Numbered from the stretch's first letter, positions 50,129 through 59,514 are shown. The stretch is DNA of 64,000 nt from Hydrurus foetidus (GCA_900617105.1 UYFQ01000001.1:2790001-2854000), one strand, 5' to 3'. Notes: generated by a model not told the origin, from the letters alone. Numbers and translations: made by a program.

Positions 50129-51595
50129 ATGACCCTAAAGCAAAGACTTAAACACACGGACCTCCTGCAAACTGGCAGCTTTATTGGTGGCCAATGGCGC
50201 CATGGCGACGACGACTTTGCAGTGGCCAACCCAGCCACTGGCAACGTCGTAGCCCAGGTGGCGCGTTCTGGCGCTCAGCAGGCGCAAGCGGCCGTCGATG
50301 CTGCGGCTTTGGCACTACCCACCTGGCGCCGCTTGACCGGTAAGCAACGCGCCGCCATCTTGCGTCGCTGGGCTGACTTGATGATTCAGTATCAAGATGA
50401 TTTAGCGCTCGTGCTGTGCACCGAACAGGGCAAGCCCCTTGCAGAAGCGCGTGGCGAAGTCTCTTATGCCGCCAGCTTTCTGGAGTGGTTCGGAGAAGAG
50501 GCTAAACGGACAAATGGCGATGTCATTCCCTCATTCAAACCCAATGCACGGATTCTGGTGCTGAAAGAGCCGGTAGGCGTTGTGGCAGCCATCACCCCCT
50601 GGAACTTCCCGCTGGCCATGGTCACACGCAAGATCGGCCCAGCCCTCGCAGCAGGATGCACGGTCGTGTTGAAACCATCTGAAGAAACTCCTCTTTCGGC
50701 ACACGCATTGGCGGTTTTGGGTCAGGAAGCAGGCGTACCGCCAGGGGTACTGAATGTTGTCTGTGGCGATGCGGTCGCCATTGGTGGGACCTGGATGGCC
50801 AGCCCTGTGGTGCGCAAGTTGTCATTCACGGGCTCTACCCGTATTGGAAAGCTGCTGATGCGCCAAGCATCAGATACCCTCAAAAAGGTATCACTTGAGC
50901 TGGGTGGCAATGCTCCTTTCATCGTGTTTGAGGACGCAGATATTGAGGCTGCCATAGATGGCGCCATGGCATCAAAATTTCGGAATACCGGTCAAACCTG
51001 TGTTTGCGTTAACCGCTTTCTGGTTCAGGATGGTATTTTTGATGCATTCACAATTCGCTTGGCAGAGAGGGTTCGAAGTCTGAAAGTAGGCCCTGCATCC
51101 CAGGATGGCACAGAGCAAGGGCCGCTCATCAATAACGCGGCCCTTGCCAAGGTGGAGCGTCATGTTCAAGACGCTGTCGACAAAGGTGCGACAGTGCTTT
51201 GTGGTGGTCAACGACATGCGTTGGGCGGCACGTTCTACGCGCCGACCGTCATCACTGGCGCTAACCGAGACATGATGATGGCGCAGGAAGAAACATTTGG
51301 CCCAGTAGCCGCTTGCTATCGATTTCATACCGAAGAAGAGGCGATCAGCTTGGCCAATGACACGCCTTTTGGCTTGTCCGCATATGTTTACAGCCGCGAC
51401 CTGGCACGGGTATGGGCCGTTGCGGAGCAACTGGAAGCGGGCATCATTGGCATCAATGAGGGCATCATCTCCACCGAGATCGCCCCTTTTGGCGGCATCA
51501 AGGAATCAGGCATGGGGCGTGAGGGATCGCAATATGGCATTGATGACTACATGGAGTTAAAGTATGTACTCATGGGCGGCCTGCGCGAGCGTTGA
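50129..51595 (+). CDS. gabD: NAD(P)-dependent succinate-semialdehyde dehydrogenase
   Basis: EQGKPLAEARGEV; WFGEEAKR; ELGGNAPF; SKFRNTGQTCVCVNR; EETFGPVA. Confidence 0.88.
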   Translation: MTLKQRLKHTDLLQTGSFIGGQWRHGDDDFAVANPATGNVVAQVARSGAQQAQAAVDAAALALPTWRRLTGKQRAAILRRWADLMIQYQDDLALVLCTEQGKPLAEARGEVSYAASFLEWFGEEAKRTNGDVIPSFKPNARILVLKEPVGVVAAITPWNFPLAMVTRKIGPALAAGCTVVLKPSEETPLSAHALAVLGQEAGVPPGVLNVVCGDAVAIGGTWMASPVVRKLSFTGSTRIGKLLMRQASDTLKKVSLELGGNAPFIVFEDADIEAAIDGAMASKFRNTGQTCVCVNRFLVQDGIFDAFTIRLAERVRSLKVGPASQDGTEQGPLINNAALAKVERHVQDAVDKGATVLCGGQRHALGGTFYAPTVITGANRDMMMAQEETFGPVAACYRFHTEEEAISLANDTPFGLSAYVYSRDLARVWAVAEQLEAGIIGINEGIISTEIAPFGGIKESGMGREGSQYGIDDYMELKYVLMGGLRER

Positions 51596-51783
51596 TCGTC
51601 ACAGCTCGATTTTGCCGTGTTGGTGGAGAGCCAACCAAAGGCTCTGGCTTGGGGCTGGCCATCGTTCGGCAAATCATCGTGCTGCACGGCGGCACCATGG
51701 TTGCTAGCAACGCCGAACCGGGCTTGCGGGTGGAACTCAGCTTCAAGCACACTGCACTGCCGTCGGCTACCAAAGCGCGTTGA
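51595..51783 (+). pseudogene. 3' remnant of a sensor histidine kinase (HATPase G2 box)
   Basis: RFCRVGGEPTKGSGLGLAIVRQIIVLHGGTMVASNAEPGLRVELSF with no upstream kinase domains. Confidence 0.8.
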
Positions 51784-52010
51784 AGGCGATTCGGGCAAGG
51801 CCGACGACGCTGCTTCAGACCGCATGGCTCAGGCTTGGGCTAAATCCATTTGGTTACAACTGCCCATTCGCCGCAGGCTAGTTAATGACAAAAAAGTAAT
51901 TTTGGTCTGCCGTTGCTGTGACAGGATTAAAACTCCGCTTAACTGCATCAAGCCCATCAATCAGCGGGCTGGGGAGTTGCCTTTGAGAACAAGTCACACA
52001 CGAAAACGAA

Positions 52011-53261
52011 ATGAATAAAACCACCGATACAAAACATCAGCTGGTATCTTGCGCCTTGAAAGGCGTTGTTGCGGCAGTTTTAATCATCAGCGTACTTGCA
52101 TGTAGTGGCGGCGGCGACTCTAACCAGGCAGCAGCCACGGCATCAACGTCAACGTCGACACCGTCCGCGTCGACACCTGGCAGCGTGCCGACAGCTCCAG
52201 CGCCATCACCAGAAGCAGCAGCTTCAATCAATACGGCGGCTGCTTTAGACGAGTTTTGGGGACGATACGGCGCAAAAAGCAGCTTTGATACGGACTGGGT
52301 TGAATTGCTCACGAGACTGCTGGAAGCAGAAGACAAGGTTGCCCTAAAAGACTTCCAGGGCGCACGTGTCATCGTTGATGAACTGATTAAAAAATACCCA
52401 CTCATGCAGAACAACCAGCCCGCGGCCAACGCGTGGTGGGTCAACTTCAATAAACTGCAGCTCAGAAACCTGCGGCCTCACTTTGGTGAACCCGGCCTGT
52501 ACGCCCATCTGCGCATGCTGGACGACATCACCAAAATTGGCGTTAGCAAGACTCTGCTTGGCACTACGCCAATTCAAATGGCCATCGTGATGCCAGCCTG
52601 CTCAGACATCGTTCCCAAAACGGGGCCAACAGTGCTGAATCGCCGTTTGAGTCCAGAAATAGAAGCCGATTCCTACGAAGCAGTGCGCCAATCGTTGCGT
52701 TTGCTGCAAAGCTATATTTTGGCCATCAGCGGCGGTGAGCTGCGTTTGGAGCTAAATTTTTATAAGATTGATTCCTGCACTCAAATTAACAAAATAACAG
52801 GCTACGACGACAACGCGCCGATCAGGCAATTACCCTTAGGGATGATTGAGAAAACAGATATGTTCTGGCTGATCTACCCTAGCGATTTAAACGTTGGCAC
52901 TGATGCCGGCGGTGGCAGCGGGATGGGTGGGTTCGAGGCATCGGGCAAGCCCGTGTTCATCAGTGAAGATGACTGGGTCGTCAAAAAAAGAGCCCCTGAT
53001 CAAGGCGGCGGCGGTCGCACTGCAGTTGAACGGCGCATGTATTTGCCCGAGTGGGTTCAACACGAATTTTTTCACCATTTGTTCCGTAGCTGGCCTGAAT
53101 TTAGTTTGGAGAAAACCGGCCACCAATGGTTTGACAAAAATAATTGGCCTGCTGACTTCACCGGGCAAATCGAAGAAGACTATTTCTCCGAAGCTTTAAA
53201 CAAGCGCTTGTACAAGGCAAACCCCAGCATCGCGCAAAAGCTGAAACGAGCTACCAAGTAA
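52011..53261 (+). CDS. Hypothetical lipoprotein with HExxH zinc-metallopeptidase motif
   Basis: Lipobox VLAC; Ser/Thr/Pro linker; QHEFFHHLF near the C-terminus. Confidence 0.7.
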   Translation: MNKTTDTKHQLVSCALKGVVAAVLIISVLACSGGGDSNQAAATASTSTSTPSASTPGSVPTAPAPSPEAAASINTAAALDEFWGRYGAKSSFDTDWVELLTRLLEAEDKVALKDFQGARVIVDELIKKYPLMQNNQPAANAWWVNFNKLQLRNLRPHFGEPGLYAHLRMLDDITKIGVSKTLLGTTPIQMAIVMPACSDIVPKTGPTVLNRRLSPEIEADSYEAVRQSLRLLQSYILAISGGELRLELNFYKIDSCTQINKITGYDDNAPIRQLPLGMIEKTDMFWLIYPSDLNVGTDAGGGSGMGGFEASGKPVFISEDDWVVKKRAPDQGGGGRTAVERRMYLPEWVQHEFFHHLFRSWPEFSLEKTGHQWFDKNNWPADFTGQIEEDYFSEALNKRLYKANPSIAQKLKRATK

Positions 53262-53272
53262 CGGTTGCAACC

Positions 53273-53304
53273 TCAAACCGGCGCGCTGCACCGGTTTGAT
53301 TTTT
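53273..53304 (+). terminator. Intrinsic terminator
   Basis: TCAAACCGG-CGCGCTGCA-CCGGTTTGA then TTTTT. Confidence 0.75.
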
Positions 53305-53321
53305 AGTGCGCCAGTGCAACG

Positions 53322-54716
53322 TCAATCGCAAAACCGCGCTGATGAGACCGAAGGCAGTGGCGCCTGCGGGGGGCTGGGTGGTTTGGGCGGCGCGGGCGGT
53401 GAATCAGGTGGCGTTTTGCCATTGCCAGCTGCTACCAGCTTAAAGCGCGCATACCAGTCAATACGGCGCGTTAGCAGCATGACCCCAGCCAGTATGGTGA
53501 ACAAAGCGATGCTGCCCACCACCAGCGCAGCTTGCTCCATTTGCAGCAGCACAAACAGCATGCCGTACAGCGCCGCAATGCCTAGCCCGAACGGAATCCC
53601 GCGCAGCCAGCCGCCCAGCATGGCGGCGGCGTAATAGGTCAGCAGCGCAACGCAGGCACTTGATGCTGCAGCGTAGGCCGCGCCAAATGCCATGTGCTCA
53701 GACAAGCTCACCAACAGCAGAAAGAACATGATCATGGCCGCGCCGACCAGGCCGTATTGAATGGGGTGAACGCGCAGCGACTTCATGAACTCAAACAAGC
53801 CGACCGCCAAAAACGTCAAGCCGATAAAAAGCAGGCCATATTTGGTGGCGCGGTCGCTCAGCGAATAGGTGTTGCCAGGGTCAATGAAGGTCACGCTGAT
53901 CAATTCAGTGGCAGCTTTTCCTTTTGCAAGCTCCTGCTGCACTGTGCTGGCCAGCGAGCTGACGCGCCACAGCGCCTCAAAGCCCTGGTCTGATATTTTT
54001 CGCTCTGCGGGCAAGAACTGGCCGCCAAAGCTGGGATGCGGCCAGTTCGATGTCAGCTTGATTTGCGTGTCGCCGCCCAGCGGCACAAACGACAGGTTTT
54101 CAGTGCCCAGCAGTTCAAGGTCAATCAGCGCTTCAAGTGGCGCGGCTGGCACCCAGCCCGCCGGGAGCTGCGCATGCACGCCGCGTGGGTAAACGCTGTT
54201 GAACGTGCCAGGCTTGAGCTTGAGCGTTTGCTCTGCGATTTTCAAATTCGCATAGCGCACACCGCGTGCATCAGACACCGCCAGCATGAGCAGTGGTTGC
54301 CCGCAGTTGACCCGCGACTTGGCATGCTGCGCAACGGGGTTGAGCGCTTCCAGGCTTGCCCACTGTGCTTTGACCTGCGCCTTCAGCGTAAAAACCTGCG
54401 TAGCGTGCAGGCCACGCGAGCGCGCTTCGAGCTGGCTGCTGCCTTTTACGCCAAGCAGTGCCGGCGCAGCTATCAACGTAAATTCGCGCCGTTGGGTCAC
54501 GGTCTTTTTGTCTTCCGTACGCTCGTCCCACTCTTCACTGCAGGCCCGCTGCACCAGCGGCCCCATCAAGGTTTGTGTGCCCGCCAGACTGCTCGCCACG
54601 CTGTCTATCGCTTGCTGGCGATAGTTTTGCCGGTCATGCACCACGCCGCTGATTTGCATCAGCGCCGCCACCAAAAGAAGCAGCACCACCGCGACTGAAA
54701 TAATTTTTGCTTTCAC
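53322..54716 (-). CDS. creD: Inner membrane protein CreD
   Basis: SNWPHPSFGGQFLP; YSLSDRATKYGLLFI; HPIQYGLVG; LLLVSLSEH; TRRIDWY. Confidence 0.92.
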   Translation of the reverse strand: MKAKIISVAVVLLLLVAALMQISGVVHDRQNYRQQAIDSVASSLAGTQTLMGPLVQRACSEEWDERTEDKKTVTQRREFTLIAAPALLGVKGSSQLEARSRGLHATQVFTLKAQVKAQWASLEALNPVAQHAKSRVNCGQPLLMLAVSDARGVRYANLKIAEQTLKLKPGTFNSVYPRGVHAQLPAGWVPAAPLEALIDLELLGTENLSFVPLGGDTQIKLTSNWPHPSFGGQFLPAERKISDQGFEALWRVSSLASTVQQELAKGKAATELISVTFIDPGNTYSLSDRATKYGLLFIGLTFLAVGLFEFMKSLRVHPIQYGLVGAAMIMFFLLLVSLSEHMAFGAAYAAASSACVALLTYYAAAMLGGWLRGIPFGLGIAALYGMLFVLLQMEQAALVVGSIALFTILAGVMLLTRRIDWYARFKLVAAGNGKTPPDSPPAPPKPPSPPQAPLPSVSSARFCD

Positions 54717-54806
54717 TGTTTGTCCTTTCTTGGGTTTGACAATATGTCAAGAACAAAAAGGAGTGTGCAGAGCTTGTGTGAGGCCAATATGAGGCGCGCT
54801 GGCTTT

Positions 54807-54822
54807 GTGAAGTGGGTGTGAA
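54807..54822 (-). promoter_or_regulatory. cre-tag (CreB binding site) upstream of creD
   Basis: Minus strand TTCAC-ACCCAC-TTCAC exactly matches TTCACnnnnnnTTCAC; a degenerate second pair CTCAT-N6-CTCAC lies at 54778-54793. Confidence 0.8.
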
Positions 54823-54874
54823 GTGGGTTTAAAAGGCTCCGCGGCTTAGGTGCAAGGTGACTAAAATTTATTCC

Positions 54875-55260
54875 ATGACAAACGAACCCTCATCAGCTCT
54901 GGCTCACTTTTTGAAGCGCAAATTGGCTATTCACGCGCAGTAGTGGCGGGCGAATGGGTGTTTGTGTCGGGCACTACCGGTTTTGACTACAGCGACATGA
55001 CGATATCGACCGACATTGCTGAGCAAACCGAGCAGTGTTTGAAAAATATTGAGTCAGCGTTGATGCAGGCAGGCGCGTCGCTGGCCGATGTGGTGCGGGT
55101 CAATTACGTTCTGCCCGACGCGTCGCAGTTTGAAAAATGCTGGCCAGTACTGCAAAAATATTTTGGTAGCGTGCGCCCAGCTGCCATGATGATTTGCGCC
55201 GGGCTGCTTGATGCGCGCATGCTGATTGAAATTGAAGTTACGGCCCTTAAAATCCCGTAA
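54875..55260 (+). pseudogene. RidA/YjgF-family protein with apparent 1-nt deletion just after the start
   Basis: Conserved (K)RTLISSGSLFEAQIGYSRAVVAGEWVFVSGTTG...VRPAAMM...IEIEV is out of frame with the only nearby ATG (54875). Confidence 0.7.
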
Positions 55261-55280
55261 TTCAGTATCAAAACAGGCTG

Positions 55281-55323
55281 TAGCCCAATATATACAGGCG
55301 CGAGCAGCTATTGTTTTTGAAGT
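55281..55323 (-). repeat. 43-bp repeat, copy 6 (supplies cNMP-protein stop)
   Basis: Plus strand TAGCCCAATATATACAGGCGCGAGCAGCTATTGTTTTTGAAGT. Confidence 0.8.
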
Positions 55324-55868
55324 AATTTAATCAAGTGATTGCTGGTGTTGCGCAGCCGCTGCGCCATGAGCTGCGTAATTTTGACCAGCAACTTGGCGCC
55401 TACTGCGGGGTGGTCGCGTATCAGCTCGCCGATGGCTTGCCGGCCGAGCACGCCGGCTTCTACAGCTTCGATCGCTGTGCAAGTGGCAAAGCGTGGCTCG
55501 CTGTCGAGCATCGACATTTCACCGACTGCTGCGCCGCGCTGAATGACTGCGATGCGCGAAATGGTCGGCACATCAGCACCCTCAAGCTCTTCATCTTTAC
55601 TACGGGGCGCGATAGATTTGGTCACATCGACCGTGCCGCTAAGTAGCACCAGCATCCACTCGCCACTGTCGCCTTCACGAATCAATACCTCGCCGGGCTC
55701 AGCGCGCACCAGCAGCATGGCGCTGGCCAAAATGTCAGCCTCATCAGCCGACATGTCTTGCAGCAGCGGTGAGGTTTGCAGCATGTCGGGGCCAAACGTG
55801 CTCAAGTGGCCGCAGTGGCCGGACACCTTCAGGCCCGCGTCTTGCAACTGCGCCTCGAGCGTTTTCAT
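55308..55868 (-). CDS. Cyclic nucleotide-binding domain protein
   Basis: LIREGDSG; LSGTVDV; GEMSMLDSEPRFATC; no C-terminal HTH; start overlaps the upstream stop. Confidence 0.85.
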   Translation of the reverse strand: MKTLEAQLQDAGLKVSGHCGHLSTFGPDMLQTSPLLQDMSADEADILASAMLLVRAEPGEVLIREGDSGEWMLVLLSGTVDVTKSIAPRSKDEELEGADVPTISRIAVIQRGAAVGEMSMLDSEPRFATCTAIEAVEAGVLGRQAIGELIRDHPAVGAKLLVKITQLMAQRLRNTSNHLIKLLQKQ

Positions 55869-56608
55869 CAGCGGCCAGCAGCTGGCGCCGCAGCCAGCAG
55901 CCACTGCTCGATTTCGGCAATCGCGGCGTCGGTAGCCTGGGTCAGTGCCCGCACGCCACCTTGCGCGTCTGCACTGGCTGCGGGGCGTTCTACCGCAATA
56001 GCGCGCTGGCTGATCAGCTTTTCGCCTGTGGGCGTGACTTCCACCAGCGTAGCGCGCAGTTTGACCAGGCCCACACTCACGTCTGGCTTTGAAAAATAGT
56101 GGCTGAACTCCAGCAGCTCCAGGCGTATCTGCAGCGGCAACACAGGGTTTTGGCTGCGATTGAGCGCCAAACTTTCGCGGGCGTTGTACACCGGGCGACG
56201 CAGACTAAGCTGGTCGCGCAGGCGTTGGCGAATCAGCTGCGCAGCGGGCATGGACCAACGCGCCATCGAGTAAGCCCGCAGCTCTTGGGCGTCCAGGTAG
56301 CCAAGGCGGTAAAGCACCGCAGAGTTGTCGAGCCCACCACCAGCAGTTGCCACATCATCAACCGCCACAGCGGGTAGGGGCAAAAGAGTCGAACCGGACG
56401 AAGGGGACGAAGGGGCCGGGGTGGCCTGCGGCATGGCAACGCTGGGGCCAAAGTCGAACAGCGTGGCGCGCTGCGGCTTGTCGGGCAGCACCGAGCACCC
56501 GCTGAGTGCTGCAGCCACTAAAACAACGCCGAATAGGCTCTTAGCCCAATCTTTACGGGCGTAAGCAGCTTCTGAATTAATAGCATGTGCAACAGCAGGA
56601 AAGGTCAT
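55868..56608 (-). CDS. ABC-type transport auxiliary lipoprotein (PqiC-like)
   Basis: LSGC lipobox; FDFGP; YRLGY...RWSMP; operon with MCE genes. Confidence 0.82.
   Translation of the reverse strand: MTFPAVAHAINSEAAYARKDWAKSLFGVVLVAAALSGCSVLPDKPQRATLFDFGPSVAMPQATPAPSSPSSGSTLLPLPAVAVDDVATAGGGLDNSAVLYRLGYLDAQELRAYSMARWSMPAAQLIRQRLRDQLSLRRPVYNARESLALNRSQNPVLPLQIRLELLEFSHYFSKPDVSVGLVKLRATLVEVTPTGEKLISQRAIAVERPAASADAQGGVRALTQATDAAIAEIEQWLLAAAPAAGR
56542..56584 (-). repeat. 43-bp repeat, copy 7 (in lipoprotein N-region)
   Basis: Plus strand TAGCCCAATCTTTACGGGCGTAAGCAGCTTCTGAATTAATAGC. Confidence 0.8.
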
Positions 56609-57582
56609 TTTTTTACTCCATTGGCAGCAAACCCTGGCTCACCCGGGCCCGGCAGCGGCGGGCCGTTGCCAAAAATAAGCGACTGTGGGTTGTCGTCAAC
56701 CGCATTCACAGTGCGGCGCAATTGGCGCAGCGTTTTGCCGGCTTCGTCTGCAACGGCGTCGAGCTTGGGCAGCGTAGCCGCACTGAAATTACCCACGCCA
56801 GCAGCCAGTGCGGCGCCACCTTCACTGAGCTTGTCGAGTGGGCCACCCTTTTCGTTCAAGCGTTTGGCTGTTGTGCCAATTTCTGCGGCAGCGCTGCTTG
56901 CCTGGGTTGATGTTTCCTTCAAAGAAACCACGGCGGCGTCAAGATTTTTCACCAGCTTGGGAATGTTGACTTTGTCTGGGCCCAGCTGCGCGTTCAATAT
57001 GCTGGTCATGTTGGTTGACAGTTTGCTCACGCTGCTGGCCGCTTCGCCCATGTTGTCTAGTGCCAGTGCAACGCGCCTCTGGTTGTCATCTGACAGCAAC
57101 TTGTTGACCTGCACGCCGGCTTGCTCGACTTGCTTGAAGATGGCCTCGCTTTGCTTGAGGAGCTTGTCAAGGCCGCCGGTTTGTAGCGGAATGCGGGGTG
57201 GGTCAGCATCGTTTGGGGTCAAGCGCTGGGTGGATGTGCCGGTGTCGTCCAGCTGAATAAAGCCCAGGCCAGTTACGCCCTGCGAGGCGACGGTGGCAAA
57301 CACCGATTGCGTGACCGGCGCGTCTCTGGCTATCGACACGCGGACCAGCACATTGCCCCTGATTTTTTGGTCAAAACCGATGTACTCCACCTTGCCCACC
57401 GGCACACCTCGAAAGTTGACCGTGGCCTGCGGCTGCAAACCCGAAATGATTTCATTGGTCGACATTTCATACAAATCGCGCTGCGTGTTGTCGCGCATCA
57501 ACCAGACAGCCAATGCGGCCAGCAGGGCAGACACCACCAATACAAAGGCACCGGCAGCCAAGGCGTGGGCTTTGTTTTCCAT
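56605..57582 (-). CDS. MlaD/MCE domain protein
   Basis: MENKAHALAAGAF; SGLQPQATVNFRGVPVGKV; QGVTGLGFIQL. Confidence 0.88.
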   Translation of the reverse strand: MENKAHALAAGAFVLVVSALLAALAVWLMRDNTQRDLYEMSTNEIISGLQPQATVNFRGVPVGKVEYIGFDQKIRGNVLVRVSIARDAPVTQSVFATVASQGVTGLGFIQLDDTGTSTQRLTPNDADPPRIPLQTGGLDKLLKQSEAIFKQVEQAGVQVNKLLSDDNQRRVALALDNMGEAASSVSKLSTNMTSILNAQLGPDKVNIPKLVKNLDAAVVSLKETSTQASSAAAEIGTTAKRLNEKGGPLDKLSEGGAALAAGVGNFSAATLPKLDAVADEAGKTLRQLRRTVNAVDDNPQSLIFGNGPPLPGPGEPGFAANGVKK

Positions 57583-57595
57583 AAGTCAATTCCTT

Positions 57596-58384
57596 TTATA
57601 CGGTAAAGGGGTAAACACGTAAAAGTTCCATGGCGCGCTGGCCTCGGGGGCCCAAAAAAAACTCGTGAATGAACGGATGCGAAAAAGCCACCACGTCGCT
57701 TGGCGCCGCGCAGACAATGACTTTTTGATCGGCCAGCGCCGCAATGCGCGTGCTCAGCTCAAACAGCGTGTCCAGGTCGTGCGTCACCATCACCACCGTC
57801 AGCTCCATGTCTTTGTGCAGAGAGCGCAGCAGCGTGCAAAAGCTGTCAGAACTTTCGGGGTCCAGCCCGGCGGTGGGCTCGTCGAGCAGCAACAGCGGCG
57901 GGTCCATGATCAAGGCTCTAGCCAGCGCCACGCGCTTGATCATGCCGCCTGATAAATCACTGGGCATTTTGTCGGCTGCATCAGGGCTTAAGCCGACCAT
58001 TTGCAGCTTGACCATCGCGGCTTCACGGATCACGCTTAATGGCAACGCGTTCAGCTCGCGCAGCGGGAAGCCAATGTTCTCCAGCACCGTGAATGCTGAA
58101 AACAACGCCCCTTGCTGAAACAGCATGCCAATGCGGCTGGCCGCACCGCGCCGGCCTAATTCAGAAACTGGTTTGCCAAGCACCGTGATGTCGCCTTTGG
58201 TCGGGTGCTCCAGCCCCAGCATTTGCCTGAGCAGCACAGTTTTACCCGTGCCCGACCCGCCGACCAGCGACAAGATTTCCCCGCGCTGCACAGACAGGTC
58301 AAGGTCTTTGTGAATGACCACGTCTTTGTCACCGTTTTTAAAAACGGTCCAAAGCTTTTTGATGTCTATGGCGGGGTCTAGCAT
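57596..58384 (-). CDS. MlaF-like ABC ATP-binding protein
   Basis: GGSGTGKT; LFQQGALFS; LSGGMIKRVALARAL; DEPTAGLDP. Confidence 0.9.
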   Translation of the reverse strand: MLDPAIDIKKLWTVFKNGDKDVVIHKDLDLSVQRGEILSLVGGSGTGKTVLLRQMLGLEHPTKGDITVLGKPVSELGRRGAASRIGMLFQQGALFSAFTVLENIGFPLRELNALPLSVIREAAMVKLQMVGLSPDAADKMPSDLSGGMIKRVALARALIMDPPLLLLDEPTAGLDPESSDSFCTLLRSLHKDMELTVVMVTHDLDTLFELSTRIAALADQKVIVCAAPSDVVAFSHPFIHEFFLGPRGQRAMELLRVYPFTV

Positions 58385-58386
58385 GT

Positions 58387-59514
58387 CTAAATGCCGACGT
58401 TCTTGAACAAAACCGCAAACAGCGCATCGACCAAAATCACTACCGTGATAGAGGTCACCACAGACGCGGTCGTGCCCTGGCCCAAGCTTTCAGTGTTGGG
58501 CTTGACGCGCAGGCCGAAATGGCAAGCCACCAGCGCGATCAGCAGGCCAAACACCACCGACTTCGACGTGGCCAGCGTCAGGTTGCTGACATTGACCGCG
58601 TCTGGCAGCGCGCGAATAAAGTACTCGGGCGTGATACCCATTGCAGCTTGCGCGGCAATCATGCCGCCCAACAGCGCGGCAAGTGATGTCCACACGCTGA
58701 TCAGCGGCATCACAATGCTCAGCGCCAGCGCGCGCGGCATGACCAGCCGAAAGCCCCGCGCAATGCCCATCACGCGCATGGCGTCGAGCTCCTCGGTGAC
58801 GCGCATCACCCCAATCTGCGCCGTGATGGCAGAGCCGGAGCGCCCGGCAATCAGTATGGCGGCCAGCACCGGCCCCAGTTCCCGAATGAGCGAAATGCCC
58901 AGAATATTCACAATAAACGAGTCGGCACCAAACTGCTTGAGCTGCTGCGATATTAAATACGCCAGCACAACGCCAATTAAAAAACCGACCAGCGCGGTAA
59001 TCGGCAAGGCAGTCGCGCCAATGTGGTACAAGTGGCCCGACATGTCGCGCCACGGCCCTTCTTGGGGGTGCCGGATCAAGCGCCAAATGTCCAGCAGCAG
59101 CTGCCCAATCAGGCGTGTCAAGCCCTTGGTGTGGTCGATCAAGGCCAGCCATCGGGTGCCTAACTGCACCACCGGCGACAGCCAGCTGAAGGGGGGCGGC
59201 GCGGACGGCGCGGCTGCAAATTTGGCCACCGTATCAAACAACGCCCGCTGGCTGTCGGGCACATCAATATGGGCAGGCCAAGCGCGGCCCCAGTGCGCCC
59301 ACAGCAGCTGCGCGCCCAAATGATCAAGCTTGTCGATGCCGTTCAAGTCCCAATGCGCATCGCCCGCGGCGCTTGGGCTGGACGAGAGCTGCGCGGTTAA
59401 TGCCAGCCACGCAGGCTTGCCGCTCAGGTTGGCGGCTGTCCACTCGCCCAGTACGTGCAGCGCTGTGCCTTGCGGGGTAGCGCGCTGCTCGATACGGGGC
59501 GATAGTGACGTCAT
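58387..59514 (-). CDS. MlaE-family permease with N-terminal STAS-like domain
   Basis: RELGPVLAAILIAGRSGSAITAQIGVMRVTEELDAM; ATG at 59514. Confidence 0.9.
   Translation of the reverse strand: MTSLSPRIEQRATPQGTALHVLGEWTAANLSGKPAWLALTAQLSSSPSAAGDAHWDLNGIDKLDHLGAQLLWAHWGRAWPAHIDVPDSQRALFDTVAKFAAAPSAPPPFSWLSPVVQLGTRWLALIDHTKGLTRLIGQLLLDIWRLIRHPQEGPWRDMSGHLYHIGATALPITALVGFLIGVVLAYLISQQLKQFGADSFIVNILGISLIRELGPVLAAILIAGRSGSAITAQIGVMRVTEELDAMRVMGIARGFRLVMPRALALSIVMPLISVWTSLAALLGGMIAAQAAMGITPEYFIRALPDAVNVSNLTLATSKSVVFGLLIALVACHFGLRVKPNTESLGQGTTASVVTSITVVILVDALFAVLFKNVGI

Noticed and set aside
58391..59323. 310-aa plus-strand ORF and similar long antisense ORFs (e.g. 10629..11567, 38544..39401)
   Set aside because: Lie opposite well-supported genes and have no recognisable domains
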